64,000 nt of DNA from Actinomycetes bacterium (GCA_036274415.1 DASUFV010000064.1:2064-66063), one strand, 5' to 3'. Counted from the stretch's first letter, positions 43,148-51,742 are shown. The notes: generated from the letters alone by a model not told the origin. Translations and numbers: made by a program.

Positions 43148-43539
43148 AGTTCCTCCTCCGCGTCGAAGTATGCGCGGACTTGCTGCTGCCAGATCGCATC
43201 CGGATCGTGCTCGCCTACTCGGGCCAGCGTCTCTCCCAGGATGAAGCTGTAAACGGGGACGTTCTTGTCGATGGCCGACTCGACGACGTGGCCTGTGCCC
43301 CCCTCCATCATGCGGCCTGGCGCGAAGAACGCGAGCACCAGATCTGACGCCGCAACCATCTCGTTGTCACGCAGGAACGCTGCCCCTGGGCCAGCCGCGG
43401 GATCCGGCATGACCCAGCGGTACTCGAGGTGGACGGCATATGACCGGATGATCTCGCGGACGAGCCGCTCGAAACGCCCGGGATCCGACGCGTTGCCGCG
43501 GCGCAGCAGGACCGTCGTTTGGGCCGGGAGGGCGTCCAT
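43144..43539 (-). CDS. hypothetical protein (start uncertain)
   Basis: Track ORF 43144..43695 overlaps rusA for 124 nt, but GC3 is about 51% in that frame versus about 79% in the rusA frame. The gene is therefore placed at the first ATG after the rusA stop. Confidence 0.4.
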   Translation of the reverse strand: MDALPAQTTVLLRRGNASDPGRFERLVREIIRSYAVHLEYRWVMPDPAAGPGAAFLRDNEMVAASDLVLAFFAPGRMMEGGTGHVVESAIDKNVPVYSFILGETLARVGEHDPDAIWQQQVRAYFDAEEEL

Positions 43540-43571
43540 GAGGAAGTGGTACAGGCGGTCGGGGATTGCGT

Positions 43572-44003
43572 TCAGGGAGGTGGCACCAACGATGCATACG
43601 CGGAGAGGTCGGGCTGGTCGTCGAGGATAACCACGATCTTCCTCTGGCTCGGTCGGAGCCCAGTCGTCTTGAAGATCGCTCTCGGCAAGAACCACTTGTC
43701 ATCGACTCCTGTTGCGGCTTCGATCCCGTCGTTGACCAGCTTCATCACATTGTCGCAGTCGATGTCGCGGCCGAGGAAGTAGTAGAACTCGACGACCACG
43801 AGGCCGGTCGGCGACCAGCCCCTGGGGCGCTTCTCCTGGCAGCGTCGCATGGCCAGCCCGGTGTACGCCACGGCCTTGTCGGTCTTGACGATCGTGCGCA
43901 CCTCGCGCGGCCGCCGGTTGTACGCCCTGCGATTGACGACGCCGATCCCGTAGGCGGCGTTCCAGCTGACCGGCTGACCCTCGACCTGGAAGCCCCATCT
44001 CAC
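43572..44003 (-). CDS. rusA: RusA-family Holliday junction resolvase
   Basis: LVVVEFYYFLGRDIDCDNVMKLVNDGI matches the RusA signature region. 143 aa. Confidence 0.7.
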   Translation of the reverse strand: MRWGFQVEGQPVSWNAAYGIGVVNRRAYNRRPREVRTIVKTDKAVAYTGLAMRRCQEKRPRGWSPTGLVVVEFYYFLGRDIDCDNVMKLVNDGIEAATGVDDKWFLPRAIFKTTGLRPSQRKIVVILDDQPDLSAYASLVPPP

Positions 44004-44197
44004 CGCTGCCCCTCGTGCCAGTTCGGACAGGACGGCTCATGCTGGTACGACAGGGTCGACTGACAGCAGCGTCGCATGATCCCCTGACAGGACGGGCAGC
44101 GCAGGTCCTTCGGGCCAGCGTACGGGTGCTCGCAAGTCGCCCGGTCGGCAAGAAGGACCTGCTGCGCCTCTTGCACGGCGTCCTCAGCCGACGTCAA
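44000..44197 (-). CDS. small Cys-rich protein
   Basis: ATGA overlap with rusA. CEHP...CPSCQG...CC...CPNWHE. Confidence 0.45.
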   Translation of the reverse strand: MTSAEDAVQEAQQVLLADRATCEHPYAGPKDLRCPSCQGIMRRCCQSTLSYQHEPSCPNWHEGQR

Positions 44198-44272
44198 CCC
44201 GGATGCCCACGAGCCACAGGATGGCGAGGATGACGAGGATCGCGATCAGGATCCAGAGCCAGGAGGGGGAGT

Positions 44273-44728
44273 TCACGGAGTCTCCGATCGTTCTGACTGG
44301 CCGCCCTTGGTGCCCGAGCACTTTCTCGAGCACGTGCGGCCGTAGCCCCTAATGTAGTCTGCCCAGCGGGGCCGGAACAACTTCTTGCACACCTCGCACG
44401 GTACCTGCATGTCCTTCGCCTGGGCCCACTCACCCGGCGTCTTGGTGAACTTCCCGCGCTGGCAGGTGATGCAGCTGGCCGCCAGATTGCTCGCAACGTT
44501 GGTGCCACCCTTGGCGAAGGGTATGACGTGGTCGAAGCTGACGCCCTTCCAGTCGAGGTCGATCCTGCAGTAGGCGCACCTACGGCCAGCGCCGGTGAAG
44601 ACGACCGCCAGCTGCGCGGCGGTGACGCGACCCGTGGCACCGAGCTTCGCCGCCTTCTGGTTGATCGCCGCCGCGAGCTTGCTGAACCGCCGCTCAGGGC
44701 CGCTCTGCTTTGAGCGCACGGAGCTCAC
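44273..44728 (-). CDS. HNH endonuclease (start uncertain)
   Basis: CAYCRIDLDWKGVSFDHVIPFAKGGTNVASNLAASCITCQRGK is a complete HNH motif. The N-terminal region of the track ORF is S/T-rich and competes with the 44694..44786 frame. Confidence 0.6.
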   Translation of the reverse strand: MSSVRSKQSGPERRFSKLAAAINQKAAKLGATGRVTAAQLAVVFTGAGRRCAYCRIDLDWKGVSFDHVIPFAKGGTNVASNLAASCITCQRGKFTKTPGEWAQAKDMQVPCEVCKKLFRPRWADYIRGYGRTCSRKCSGTKGGQSERSETP

Positions 44729-44790
44729 AGACCCAGCAGCAGGTCCAGACCTCGTAGTCGATGAGCCCGCCGTATTCGTCATACATGGGC

Positions 44791-45168
44791 TCACAGAACG
44801 TTTCGGTTGCGTGGACCCCAATGTGGTGCAGCGCAATATCCTTCAGGTCGCGCAGCAACAAGCGCAAGGAGTCGAGGGCGCCAGGTCTGCCCGCCTTCGC
44901 GATGGACCTGCTCGTGGTGCTCTCGGCAGAGCGCGATCCCGTTGGCGAGCTCATCCTTCCCTCCTTGGCTCCGGTACAGGATGTGGTGCGCGTCGGTCGC
45001 GCGGCGGGAGCACCCAGGCATCCGGCAACGCCCCCCGTCCCGCGCCATGACGTCGGCTCTCCACTTCGATCGCCGCTCGGAGCGGCGTGTGGCGATGGCC
45101 TTGGCGCTGACAGGACGGATCCTTGAGCGCTTCAGCGGGGTGCGTCGCTGCAGCGAGCCGGGCTTCAC
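44791..45168 (-). CDS. HNH endonuclease
   Basis: CRMPGC...DAHHILYRSQGGKDELANGIALCREHHEQVH. 125 aa. Confidence 0.75.
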   Translation of the reverse strand: MKPGSLQRRTPLKRSRIRPVSAKAIATRRSERRSKWRADVMARDGGRCRMPGCSRRATDAHHILYRSQGGKDELANGIALCREHHEQVHREGGQTWRPRLLALVAARPEGYCAAPHWGPRNRNVL

Positions 45169-45338
45169 GCCACGAAGTGTAACGAGAGCCTTGCGGAGAC
45201 GAAAGTCTCGGGTGTAGGATCACGGTCCCTCAGACGTGAAGGCGCCGCCTCGGAACTACCTCCCCCAGAGGAGCTGCAACAAGGCGGCGCAGGCACGGAG
45301 GGTCGCCAAACTCGACCGTGCGCGCCGATCGTACCGTC

Positions 45339-45350
45339 ACAAGTACTTGT
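45339..45350. promoter_or_regulatory. perfect palindrome ACAAGTACTTGT (operator-like), copy 1
   Basis: Self-complementary 12-mer. The 14-mer CACAAGTACTTGTG is also palindromic. Lies in a 590-bp ORF-poor region. Confidence 0.45.
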
Positions 45351-45378
45351 GCGCAAGAGGTAAGTTTCGCGGACAGCA

Positions 45379-45407
45379 TTGAGCCCCGACACAGGGCCGG
45401 GGCTCAA
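45379..45407. other. 10-bp perfect stem hairpin TTGAGCCCCG-acacagggc-CGGGGCTCAA
   Basis: Seen directly in the sequence. No U-tract on either strand. Confidence 0.4.
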
Positions 45408-45450
45408 GATCGCGTTGTTGCTACCGCGCGATCTCCAGAATGAGCCTTCG

Positions 45451-45462
45451 ACAAGTACTTGT
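45451..45462. promoter_or_regulatory. perfect palindrome ACAAGTACTTGT, copy 2 (within the 14-mer GACAAGTACTTGTC)
   Basis: Second identical 12-mer, 112 bp from copy 1. Confidence 0.45.
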
Positions 45463-45761
45463 CAAGGCGGCAGTTACAGCCCCCCTTGCTGCGAGGGAAC
45501 CGGCGACCTGAAGGCCGGAGGCTCCTGAAAGAACGGAGCTGAGCGCCGGTCCTCGTGGGCCGGATGAGCCCATCGAAGAAACGTCCTGGTCCCCGCGAGG
45601 GGAGGCAGCGACAGGTGTGGGTCTTCCCGCCGGGGCCAAACGAGCGGGGCAAACGCCAGACACGAGCCCGAGTACCTGTCGATCCGTGCTGAAGCGCGAC
45701 GCGATCCGTCGTACGGCACGCACTGTCCACCGGCAAGGTGGCAGTGTGCCTCGCGCTCGCT

Positions 45762-46049
45762 CTACGTCACCGGCAATGAAGGCAGCTCGTCCTCGCTGTA
45801 GACAATCTCACCGTCGACCTTGATCACGACGCTGTACCGCTCCATCCCGCAGTCCTGATCTTCGCCCTCGTAGTCCGCTGCGTTAGGATCTTTCCCGGCC
45901 GCTCGCTCGAACCACAGGAAGCGGTTGCAGTCGCAGGCGAAGTTGCCGTCTTCCCAGAGGAACTCAGCCGTCTCGTCCCAGCGACCCTGCTCAACGTGTT
46001 CGCGGGTTTCGCCGGTCGTCGCATCGGTGATGTGTACCGTGTAGGCCAT
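45762..46049 (-). CDS. hypothetical acidic protein
   Basis: 95-aa ORF with typical codon bias. Confidence 0.5.
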   Translation of the reverse strand: MAYTVHITDATTGETREHVEQGRWDETAEFLWEDGNFACDCNRFLWFERAAGKDPNAADYEGEDQDCGMERYSVVIKVDGEIVYSEDELPSLPVT

Positions 46050-46120
46050 GGCGGAATGATAGAGGCCCGCCGTTCCTCCAACGACGGGCCTCTTGCCGGG
46101 TCAGGCTAACGGGGGTCGGG

Positions 46121-46567
46121 TTAGCCTCCCTCGGCTGTTTCCTCGTACTCCGGCTTGTAGGTTTCCCACGCTGGGAGATCACGGCTGGGCTCGAGGGCAA
46201 AGGCCACTTGTCCGGCCCTCACCCCGGCCCAGTGGGTGCGTTCGTAGGGACGCGCAACCCTGACTCGGCGCTCGTGGTATTCACGCTCCGACTCGGGAAA
46301 CTGCCCAAACCGATGTTGGACGCGTGATTGGACGGGCGGAAGAACAACCCAGCCTGCCTGCAGTGCGTCGGTGATGGCCCAGCCGATTGCCATGTCGAGC
46401 TCCCAGTCAACGAACTGACGATGGTCGTCGATCCGCTCCTGTGGCTGGCCCTCGTAGATCGGTAGCGAGTACGCGACGTGAAGCCACAACTCCCCGGTGT
46501 ACTGGCTCGTGACGACCGCCTCGTCGAGGTTCGTCTTCTTGCGGAGCTTCACTCCGAGACCTCCCAC
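46121..46567 (-). CDS. hypothetical protein (start uncertain, GTG?)
   Basis: Coding part of track ORF 46121..46639. Its N-terminal stretch overlaps the upstream gene's 3' end. Confidence 0.4.
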   Translation of the reverse strand: MGGLGVKLRKKTNLDEAVVTSQYTGELWLHVAYSLPIYEGQPQERIDDHRQFVDWELDMAIGWAITDALQAGWVVLPPVQSRVQHRFGQFPESEREYHERRVRVARPYERTHWAGVRAGQVAFALEPSRDLPAWETYKPEYEETAEGG

Positions 46568-46571
46568 GCGG

Positions 46572-47312
46572 TCATGTCGGCGGCACCACACCGAAGCCGT
46601 TGCAGCGCGGGCACTCCTGGCTGGGCTTCTTCGGGTCACGGGTGAACGACTCGTAGCCGAGCACCCTGCTGTCCTTTCGTGGCTTGCCTGTCACCGGGTC
46701 AGCCTCCTTGATCGCTCGTCGGACGTTGTGACAGCGCGGGCATGGGACCGTGGAGCCGAGCCCGAGCTTCTCGGGCATCTTGGTGAACCGCGCCGCGTCC
46801 TCGACCTTGACGCCCATGCTGATCTGACCGTCGGCGATGGCCTGCTTCGTGGCGAGGACCGCCTGTGTCTCCTCGGACACCACGGCCACGTACTGGCCGG
46901 TGGCCTCGTCGTAGGCAAGGCCGCCACCGAAGCGCTGCTTGCCTGGATTGGGCGGCGCGTGGGGCACCTCCGGCGGCCGCTCTCGAGCTGCTGGTAGGTG
47001 TTCGGCGTCGATCGGCTCGACCGGCCACACCTCGGTGAGGCGATACTGGTAGATGTCCAGCTGAGGGTTCGGGTGCTTCCGCATCTGGATCTCGTATCGC
47101 CCCTGCGACTCGAGGTCGACGCGCAGTTCACGCAGTCGCTTCAGCCCCTCCGAGCCGCCGATCTGTTCGTTGGCGATGTCAGGTCCGTCGACCCATGCGT
47201 TGAGCCTGGCCTTCAGATAGGCAAAGACCTGCTCCTTACGTGTCAGATCGCTCTTGTTGGCCACTGTGTGCCTCCTGCCAGCCCTGCTCGGCCTGGGTCC
47301 TGATCGCTTCAT
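46572..47312 (-). CDS. putative DNA-binding protein with a C-terminal zinc ribbon (CPRC...CPRC)
   Basis: 246 aa. N-terminal winged-helix-like LTRKEQVFAYLKARLNAW. Confidence 0.45.
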   Translation of the reverse strand: MKRSGPRPSRAGRRHTVANKSDLTRKEQVFAYLKARLNAWVDGPDIANEQIGGSEGLKRLRELRVDLESQGRYEIQMRKHPNPQLDIYQYRLTEVWPVEPIDAEHLPAARERPPEVPHAPPNPGKQRFGGGLAYDEATGQYVAVVSEETQAVLATKQAIADGQISMGVKVEDAARFTKMPEKLGLGSTVPCPRCHNVRRAIKEADPVTGKPRKDSRVLGYESFTRDPKKPSQECPRCNGFGVVPPT

Positions 47313-47496
47313 CGAGGACCCGCCGAGTGGCCTTGATCCTTGCGTTGAACCTGTTCACCGGATCAGCTCCGGTACCACGCACTGTGTCCCTGCCATCGAG
47401 GAGGTCTTCGACGTGCTTCCCCAGCGCCTCGATGACCTCCTCCAGCCCTTCACGGTAGACGCGGATCCGAGCCCTGCCGGTCTTGGCGTCCTCCAT
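47236..47496 (-). CDS. hypothetical protein
   Basis: 86 aa. Overlaps its neighbours at both ends. Confidence 0.4.
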   Translation of the reverse strand: MEDAKTGRARIRVYREGLEEVIEALGKHVEDLLDGRDTVRGTGADPVNRFNARIKATRRVLDEAIRTQAEQGWQEAHSGQQERSDT

Positions 47497-48479
47497 CAGT
47501 GAGCGTCGGTGTCTTCGTCGTACGTCGCCAGCGCCACGGCGTCTGCTTCGCCGACCGGTTGATCCTTGGCGTCGACGAGATCGCTGATCAGGGCGCCAGC
47601 GTCATCGCCGGACATCTTGGCCAGGGCGCCCTTGATGACGTCCTGCACGTCGCCATCCTCGGGAAGGACGAGCTTAGCAGGCAAGTACTTGTTGAGGAAG
47701 CGGTCGACGAATGTCTCGGGCGTCAGCTCGAGGTCCTTGATCAGGCTCCCGATCTGGGCCATCTGCGCCCGGGTGATGGCCTCCGACTTGCCGCCGCGCC
47801 GGACGCCGGTGATCTCCCGGCCCTCGACGCGGACGCCGCGGTCGGCAGCAGACCCGGCCTCGCGGTCGGCAGCACGCAGGTCGGCTCGGTTGTCGGACTC
47901 CAGGTCATCCTCGCCGCCGATCTGGAACAGCTTGATCAGCCAGTACTTCATGGCGGCGGTGAACGCCTTGTTAGCGCCCTTGTCGCCGGTGTCGTCGCCG
48001 TAGCCGAAGCCGACACCCGTGATCGAGTCGCCCGAGTCGCCGTCGATCACAGTGAAGCGGATCTTCAGCTTGGTGACCCAGCTGGTCCCACCCTTGGCGG
48101 TCTTGGTCTCGACCCACGACTCCTCGACAACGTCGGGGACGACCATGAGCCGGAGCGCCGCCATTCGGGGCCGGATGACGCCGTTGACCTGCTTATCGGT
48201 GATGTACTTGTAGCCGAAGTGCCTGTTCTCACCGGCAGGTTCCAGGGTCGGCAGCTCGGCCATGATCTGGGCGAGCTTGATGATCACCGGCCGCTTAGCC
48301 GTTTCGTCGAGGCTCGCCATGTCGTCCTTGAAGATACGCTCAGCCTCGGCCTTCGGGTCGATGAACTTGTGCTCGACTGTTTCGTCGTGAGGCTTGAGAT
48401 TGCACATCCCGTCCGGCGTCATCACGCCGCAGATCTGGCTCTCCAGCGGTTCCTTGGCCGCTGTCTTACGTGCGGGCAT
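47496..48479 (-). CDS. ERF-family single-strand annealing protein (putative)
   Basis: GVGFGYGDDTGDKGANKAFTAAMKYWLIKLFQIGGEDD resembles the ERF core. Sits next to an exonuclease. Confidence 0.55.
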   Translation of the reverse strand: MPARKTAAKEPLESQICGVMTPDGMCNLKPHDETVEHKFIDPKAEAERIFKDDMASLDETAKRPVIIKLAQIMAELPTLEPAGENRHFGYKYITDKQVNGVIRPRMAALRLMVVPDVVEESWVETKTAKGGTSWVTKLKIRFTVIDGDSGDSITGVGFGYGDDTGDKGANKAFTAAMKYWLIKLFQIGGEDDLESDNRADLRAADREAGSAADRGVRVEGREITGVRRGGKSEAITRAQMAQIGSLIKDLELTPETFVDRFLNKYLPAKLVLPEDGDVQDVIKGALAKMSGDDAGALISDLVDAKDQPVGEADAVALATYDEDTDAH

Positions 48480-48693
48480 TGGCCTCCTCGATCTTCAGGA
48501 TGAAGCTGCGGCGCGTCATATAGGGCTCCCACTGGCCCTGGTAGTCGTCGGGCATATTCCAGCCGCCGTCGTATTGCCACGTGTCTCCGGCCACGAACCG
48601 GCCGCGCGGGTTCGGATTGCCGAAACGATCAACGTATCGAGCGTGTTCCAGCCAGAGCGATCCATTGCCTGGCTCAATGACGAGGACGTTCAT
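48466..48693 (-). CDS. hypothetical small protein
   Basis: Internal ATG (MNVLVIEPG...) in an ATGA overlap with the exonuclease gene's stop. Confidence 0.4.
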   Translation of the reverse strand: MNVLVIEPGNGSLWLEHARYVDRFGNPNPRGRFVAGDTWQYDGGWNMPDDYQGQWEPYMTRRSFILKIEEANART

Positions 48694-49517
48694 CCGGTGT
48701 TCCTTGCCATGGGTGACTCCTTGTAGGCGGGGCAGATGTCGCGGTAGCCGCACCAACTGCACGCCCCTGACTTCAGTCCGTTGGCCGGGAAGATCCCGGC
48801 CTTGATCGACCGCATTGCGGTCTCTGCGATGTCAGCGAAGGCGATGATCGAGGCGTCCGAGACGGGGCCAGCGCTCTTGATCGGCACCATCTTGGGTTCC
48901 TTGGTCATCACCACGTGATCGAGTTCGACTCCCGACTCGATCTCGCCCGTCAGCTTCCGGTAGCCGATCGCGTAGCCGACCATGTTCAGCACGTATGCGT
49001 CGGCGCTCGACGGGCTCTTGGACGTGAACTTGTGGTCGATGACGGTGCGTCCCTTGGTCGCCAGGTCGAGCGTGCCGGTCCACGGGATGTCGTTGATCAC
49101 GAAGCTGATCGGCTGCTCGACGTACTCGGGGTCGATGGTCGGTGCCACCTCCTTGTGCCAGAGCTTGACGCCCCTGGCCCCCTTGTCCTTCCAGTCGCCC
49201 TTCTCGTTCTTGGTGTCCTCGGCGTCCTGCGCCTCGATGTCAAACGAGTCGCTGAACGCGTCGAGCACGACGTCGAGGGGCGCGTCCTGCGCCGTCTCGA
49301 GCTTGCCCACCATGTGGACCTCGATGGCGCGATGTCCGGCGGTGCCGGTGACCATCCGGAGTGCCGGTGGTCGCTTGAAGCGGTAGACGTACGCGTACTC
49401 CCACTGCCGTGCGCAGCGGAGGAAGGTGTTGAGGCTGGATCCGGACAGGACGTCGATTGGGCCGTCATCGACAGTGGGGAACAGGTCGATGCCGTCAAAC
49501 AGGTCCAGGTCGGTCAT
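48690..49517 (-). CDS. Cas4/RecB-like PD-(D/E)xK exonuclease with Fe-S cluster cysteines
   Basis: N-terminal FLRCARQWEY, VIDHKFTSKS and C-terminal CSWCGYRDICPAY, giving one N-terminal plus three C-terminal Cys. Confidence 0.65.
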   Translation of the reverse strand: MTDLDLFDGIDLFPTVDDGPIDVLSGSSLNTFLRCARQWEYAYVYRFKRPPALRMVTGTAGHRAIEVHMVGKLETAQDAPLDVVLDAFSDSFDIEAQDAEDTKNEKGDWKDKGARGVKLWHKEVAPTIDPEYVEQPISFVINDIPWTGTLDLATKGRTVIDHKFTSKSPSSADAYVLNMVGYAIGYRKLTGEIESGVELDHVVMTKEPKMVPIKSAGPVSDASIIAFADIAETAMRSIKAGIFPANGLKSGACSWCGYRDICPAYKESPMARNTG

Positions 49518-49550
49518 GCCAAGTAGTCTGGCTCCTATGCGTGACAGCTA

Positions 49551-49601
49551 GGGTGTCGCGGCCCCCGGGTCAGCGAAAACATCGGTGGCGCCGCGACACC
49601 C
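49551..49601. other. large hairpin, 12-bp stem GGGTGTCGCGGC/GCCGCGACACCC with a 27-nt loop
   Basis: In a 345-bp ORF-poor region immediately upstream (minus-strand sense) of the exonuclease gene. Confidence 0.4.
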
Positions 49602-49862
49602 CCGGATTATCTCACACGCGCTGGCTGAGAACGTGCCGAAACTCGCGGCCGTGTGGCCTCAGCTCACACCGTGCGCTCGACTCCGGACGCCCGTTCTCGG
49701 GCCACAGCGCTTCACAGCGCGGGCCCTCACCGGTCCACTCAGCCGGGTGGTCAACGGACGAACGGAACTCCCAGGTGGGCTTGGGCCGCGCGGCGCCGAT
49801 TGGAATGGCCCGAGCACGCTCACCGGTGGCGGCGTCCAGCGTGCTCGGCCGGGGAGGCTGGG

Positions 49863-50144
49863 TCACGCCTCGGGGAAGTCGGGCAGGTCGGGGTTGTCGT
49901 TCCCGGGGTTGCCCGCTTCGAAGTCGGGGTTGTCGCTCAGCTGCGGTAGAGGATACGTCGCCTCTCGGGCGTCGTTGCGCCACTGCTGGGCGATCTCCTC
50001 GCGGAGCGTGACGAGCGGCGTGGTCTCCCAGCCGTCGATCCCGTAGTCCTGCGCGATAGCTCGGACATCGGCCTCGTCCATCGCGGCCAGGTCCCCGTCG
50101 CGGAATGTTTTGGTGGCTTGCTGGATGCGGATGTCGAGCGCCAC
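49863..50144 (-). CDS. hypothetical protein
   Basis: GTG 50144 one nt after the upstream TGA. AAGGAGGG sits upstream. Confidence 0.45.
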   Translation of the reverse strand: MALDIRIQQATKTFRDGDLAAMDEADVRAIAQDYGIDGWETTPLVTLREEIAQQWRNDAREATYPLPQLSDNPDFEAGNPGNDNPDLPDFPEA

Positions 50145-50145
50145 G

Positions 50146-50343
50146 TCAGCCCTCCTTGTCGACCGACCCGACGTCGGCCCGGATGTCGATCGGATCGAGG
50201 TTGCGCTCATAGCGCTCGGCCTCGGGGTAGGCGGTCTCGAACCGGGCGTGCCCGGTCTTCTCGAGCTCCTCGCTGAGGATCGGGCTCTGCTCCTGGTCGA
50301 AGCCCTTGGTCTCGGGCAGGTTGTCGTTCTTGCGAACCATCAC
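50146..50343 (-). CDS. hypothetical small protein
   Basis: 65 aa. ATGA-type overlap. Confidence 0.45.
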   Translation of the reverse strand: MMVRKNDNLPETKGFDQEQSPILSEELEKTGHARFETAYPEAERYERNLDPIDIRADVGSVDKEG

Positions 50344-50897
50344 GTCTCCTCAAACCGTCGGAGCCACTCGCGTACCTCCTCGGTTGACATCTTACTGAGC
50401 CTGTCACGCACTTCGCGCAGCATGTCGTCTGACGCACGCTGCGACGCTGCCTCAGACGCACGCCGGAACAGGTCCGACGCTTCGCCAGCGCGGTGAGTGA
50501 ACTCAGCTTCGAACCCGGCGTCGCTCGGGAACGTGAATCCCTCGCGGCGCAGGGCCTCTTGTGCCTTGGCCTTGCGAAGCACCTCGTCCAAAGGTGAAGC
50601 ATCACGTGCATCGGCCGTGAAGAACTCTGCCTTGAAGAAGTCGCCGTCGAAGTCGAAGCTGCCGTCAAAGGCAGGCCAGTCGGTGGTACCGTACACGCGA
50701 GAGGTCGCTTGACGTCCAGCGGGTCGTGCGGCCGGGCCCGTGGGTGGAGCATAGTCGACTCGGATGTTCCGCCGCTCCCTCTCCGGCTTCATCTTCGCGA
50801 GCAGCGAACGAGCGTTGGCTCGCTCACCCTCAGTGGCGCCGGATCCCGGTGCGATGACGGCCTCGAGCTTCTGGCGGCGTGTCCTCGTGTCAGGCAT
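50340..50897 (-). CDS. hypothetical protein (start at internal ATG)
   Basis: Coding-looking part of track ORF 50340..51050 begins at MPDTRTRRQKLEAV. Confidence 0.45.
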   Translation of the reverse strand: MPDTRTRRQKLEAVIAPGSGATEGERANARSLLAKMKPERERRNIRVDYAPPTGPAARPAGRQATSRVYGTTDWPAFDGSFDFDGDFFKAEFFTADARDASPLDEVLRKAKAQEALRREGFTFPSDAGFEAEFTHRAGEASDLFRRASEAASQRASDDMLREVRDRLSKMSTEEVREWLRRFEET

Positions 50898-51117
50898 CGG
50901 GTTTCTCCGAACGAGCCGAACGAGCGGTCGCGGCGAGATAACGGTCGAGCGCGCGCGAGCGCGCCCGACCCAGATTGTGCGTGATGTGTCGAGACCGCAT
51001 GGCGGCCGGGTGGGACCGGGCGAGCGTCGCCGCCCGGTCCATCCAGCCACGGTCGATCATGGCGCGCAGCTCGTACACGAGGCGCCGCTGCGAGAGCGGC
51101 TCAACGGGCCGTCTCAT
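50890..51117 (-). CDS. hypothetical small protein, HTH-like?
   Basis: MRRPVEPLSQRRLVYELRAMIDRGW... ATGA overlap with the upstream gene. Confidence 0.35.
   Translation of the reverse strand: MRRPVEPLSQRRLVYELRAMIDRGWMDRAATLARSHPAAMRSRHITHNLGRARSRALDRYLAATARSARSEKPDA
50905..50975. repeat. GC-alternating repeat family, copy 4 (variant with a roughly 20-bp insertion)
   Basis: GAGCCGAACGAGCGG...GAGCGCGCGCGAGCGCGCCCGACCC. Confidence 0.5.
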
Positions 51118-51362
51118 CTGAGCGCTCGCGCGATGTGTCCGGCGTAGGTGGCGGTCGCCTTCCAGTAGGCGGCCATCGGCCCCTTCGACCGGCGCCAGGA
51201 GTCCTCGGCCTTGGCGCGCGCGTCTGCTCGGATGTCGAGCAGAACGGCCCGCAGCGCGGCCCGTGAGGGTTCGTCCAACTCCGTCAGGGCTGCCGCTGCG
51301 GGCAGCCCGAGGACGGGGTTGCGAACGATGGTGGCGTCTCGCATTAGTCGTCGTAGCTCCAT
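51114..51362 (-). CDS. hypothetical protein
   Basis: 82 aa, helical-looking. Confidence 0.4.
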   Translation of the reverse strand: MELRRLMRDATIVRNPVLGLPAAAALTELDEPSRAALRAVLLDIRADARAKAEDSWRRSKGPMAAYWKATATYAGHIARALR

Positions 51363-51742
51363 CTGATGATCGCGTCTCGCAGGTCCGGCCCGACCGACCC
51401 AGGATGGGCGGCAAGCGCAGCCCGCACCCGAGACCGATCCTCGTGTGCGAAGGACCGCGGGAAGCGGACCCCGATGTTCTCACCGAGGTCCACCGCCGTC
51501 ACGTTCTCGAGCCAGATGCGCTCGGCAGTCGGCAGGGCCAGGCTGCCGAGCTTCACCTGGGCCACCAGCTTGAGGAAGTTCCACAGCCCGCGCCGGACCA
51601 CGATCCGGGGCTTCCAGTGGACCGTGGTCGCGTCGGTGTAGCCCCTCGTGTGCTGCTCCAGCGCGTACTCCTGACAGCGCCGGTTGCAGAGGTTGACGCG
51701 CAGCTTCTCGGCGACCTCCTGATATGTCTGGGGCAGGCTCAC
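51344..51742 (-). CDS. hypothetical protein
   Basis: GTG in a GTGA overlap with the upstream stop. Confidence 0.45.
   Translation of the reverse strand: MSLPQTYQEVAEKLRVNLCNRRCQEYALEQHTRGYTDATTVHWKPRIVVRRGLWNFLKLVAQVKLGSLALPTAERIWLENVTAVDLGENIGVRFPRSFAHEDRSRVRAALAAHPGSVGPDLRDAIIRWSYDD

Noticed and set aside
43540-43695. Extension of gene 43144 to GTG 43695, overlapping rusA by 124 nt
   Set aside because: GC3 is about 51% in that frame versus about 79% in the rusA frame across the overlap. The start was moved to the first ATG after the rusA stop, and remains uncertain.
45165-45736. Track ORFs 45165..45407, 45404..45736, 45421..45723 and 45474..45719 as genes
   Set aside because: These are mutually overlapping, Arg/Pro/Ser-rich, with no SD or start context. 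The region is better explained as regulatory DNA with palindromes.
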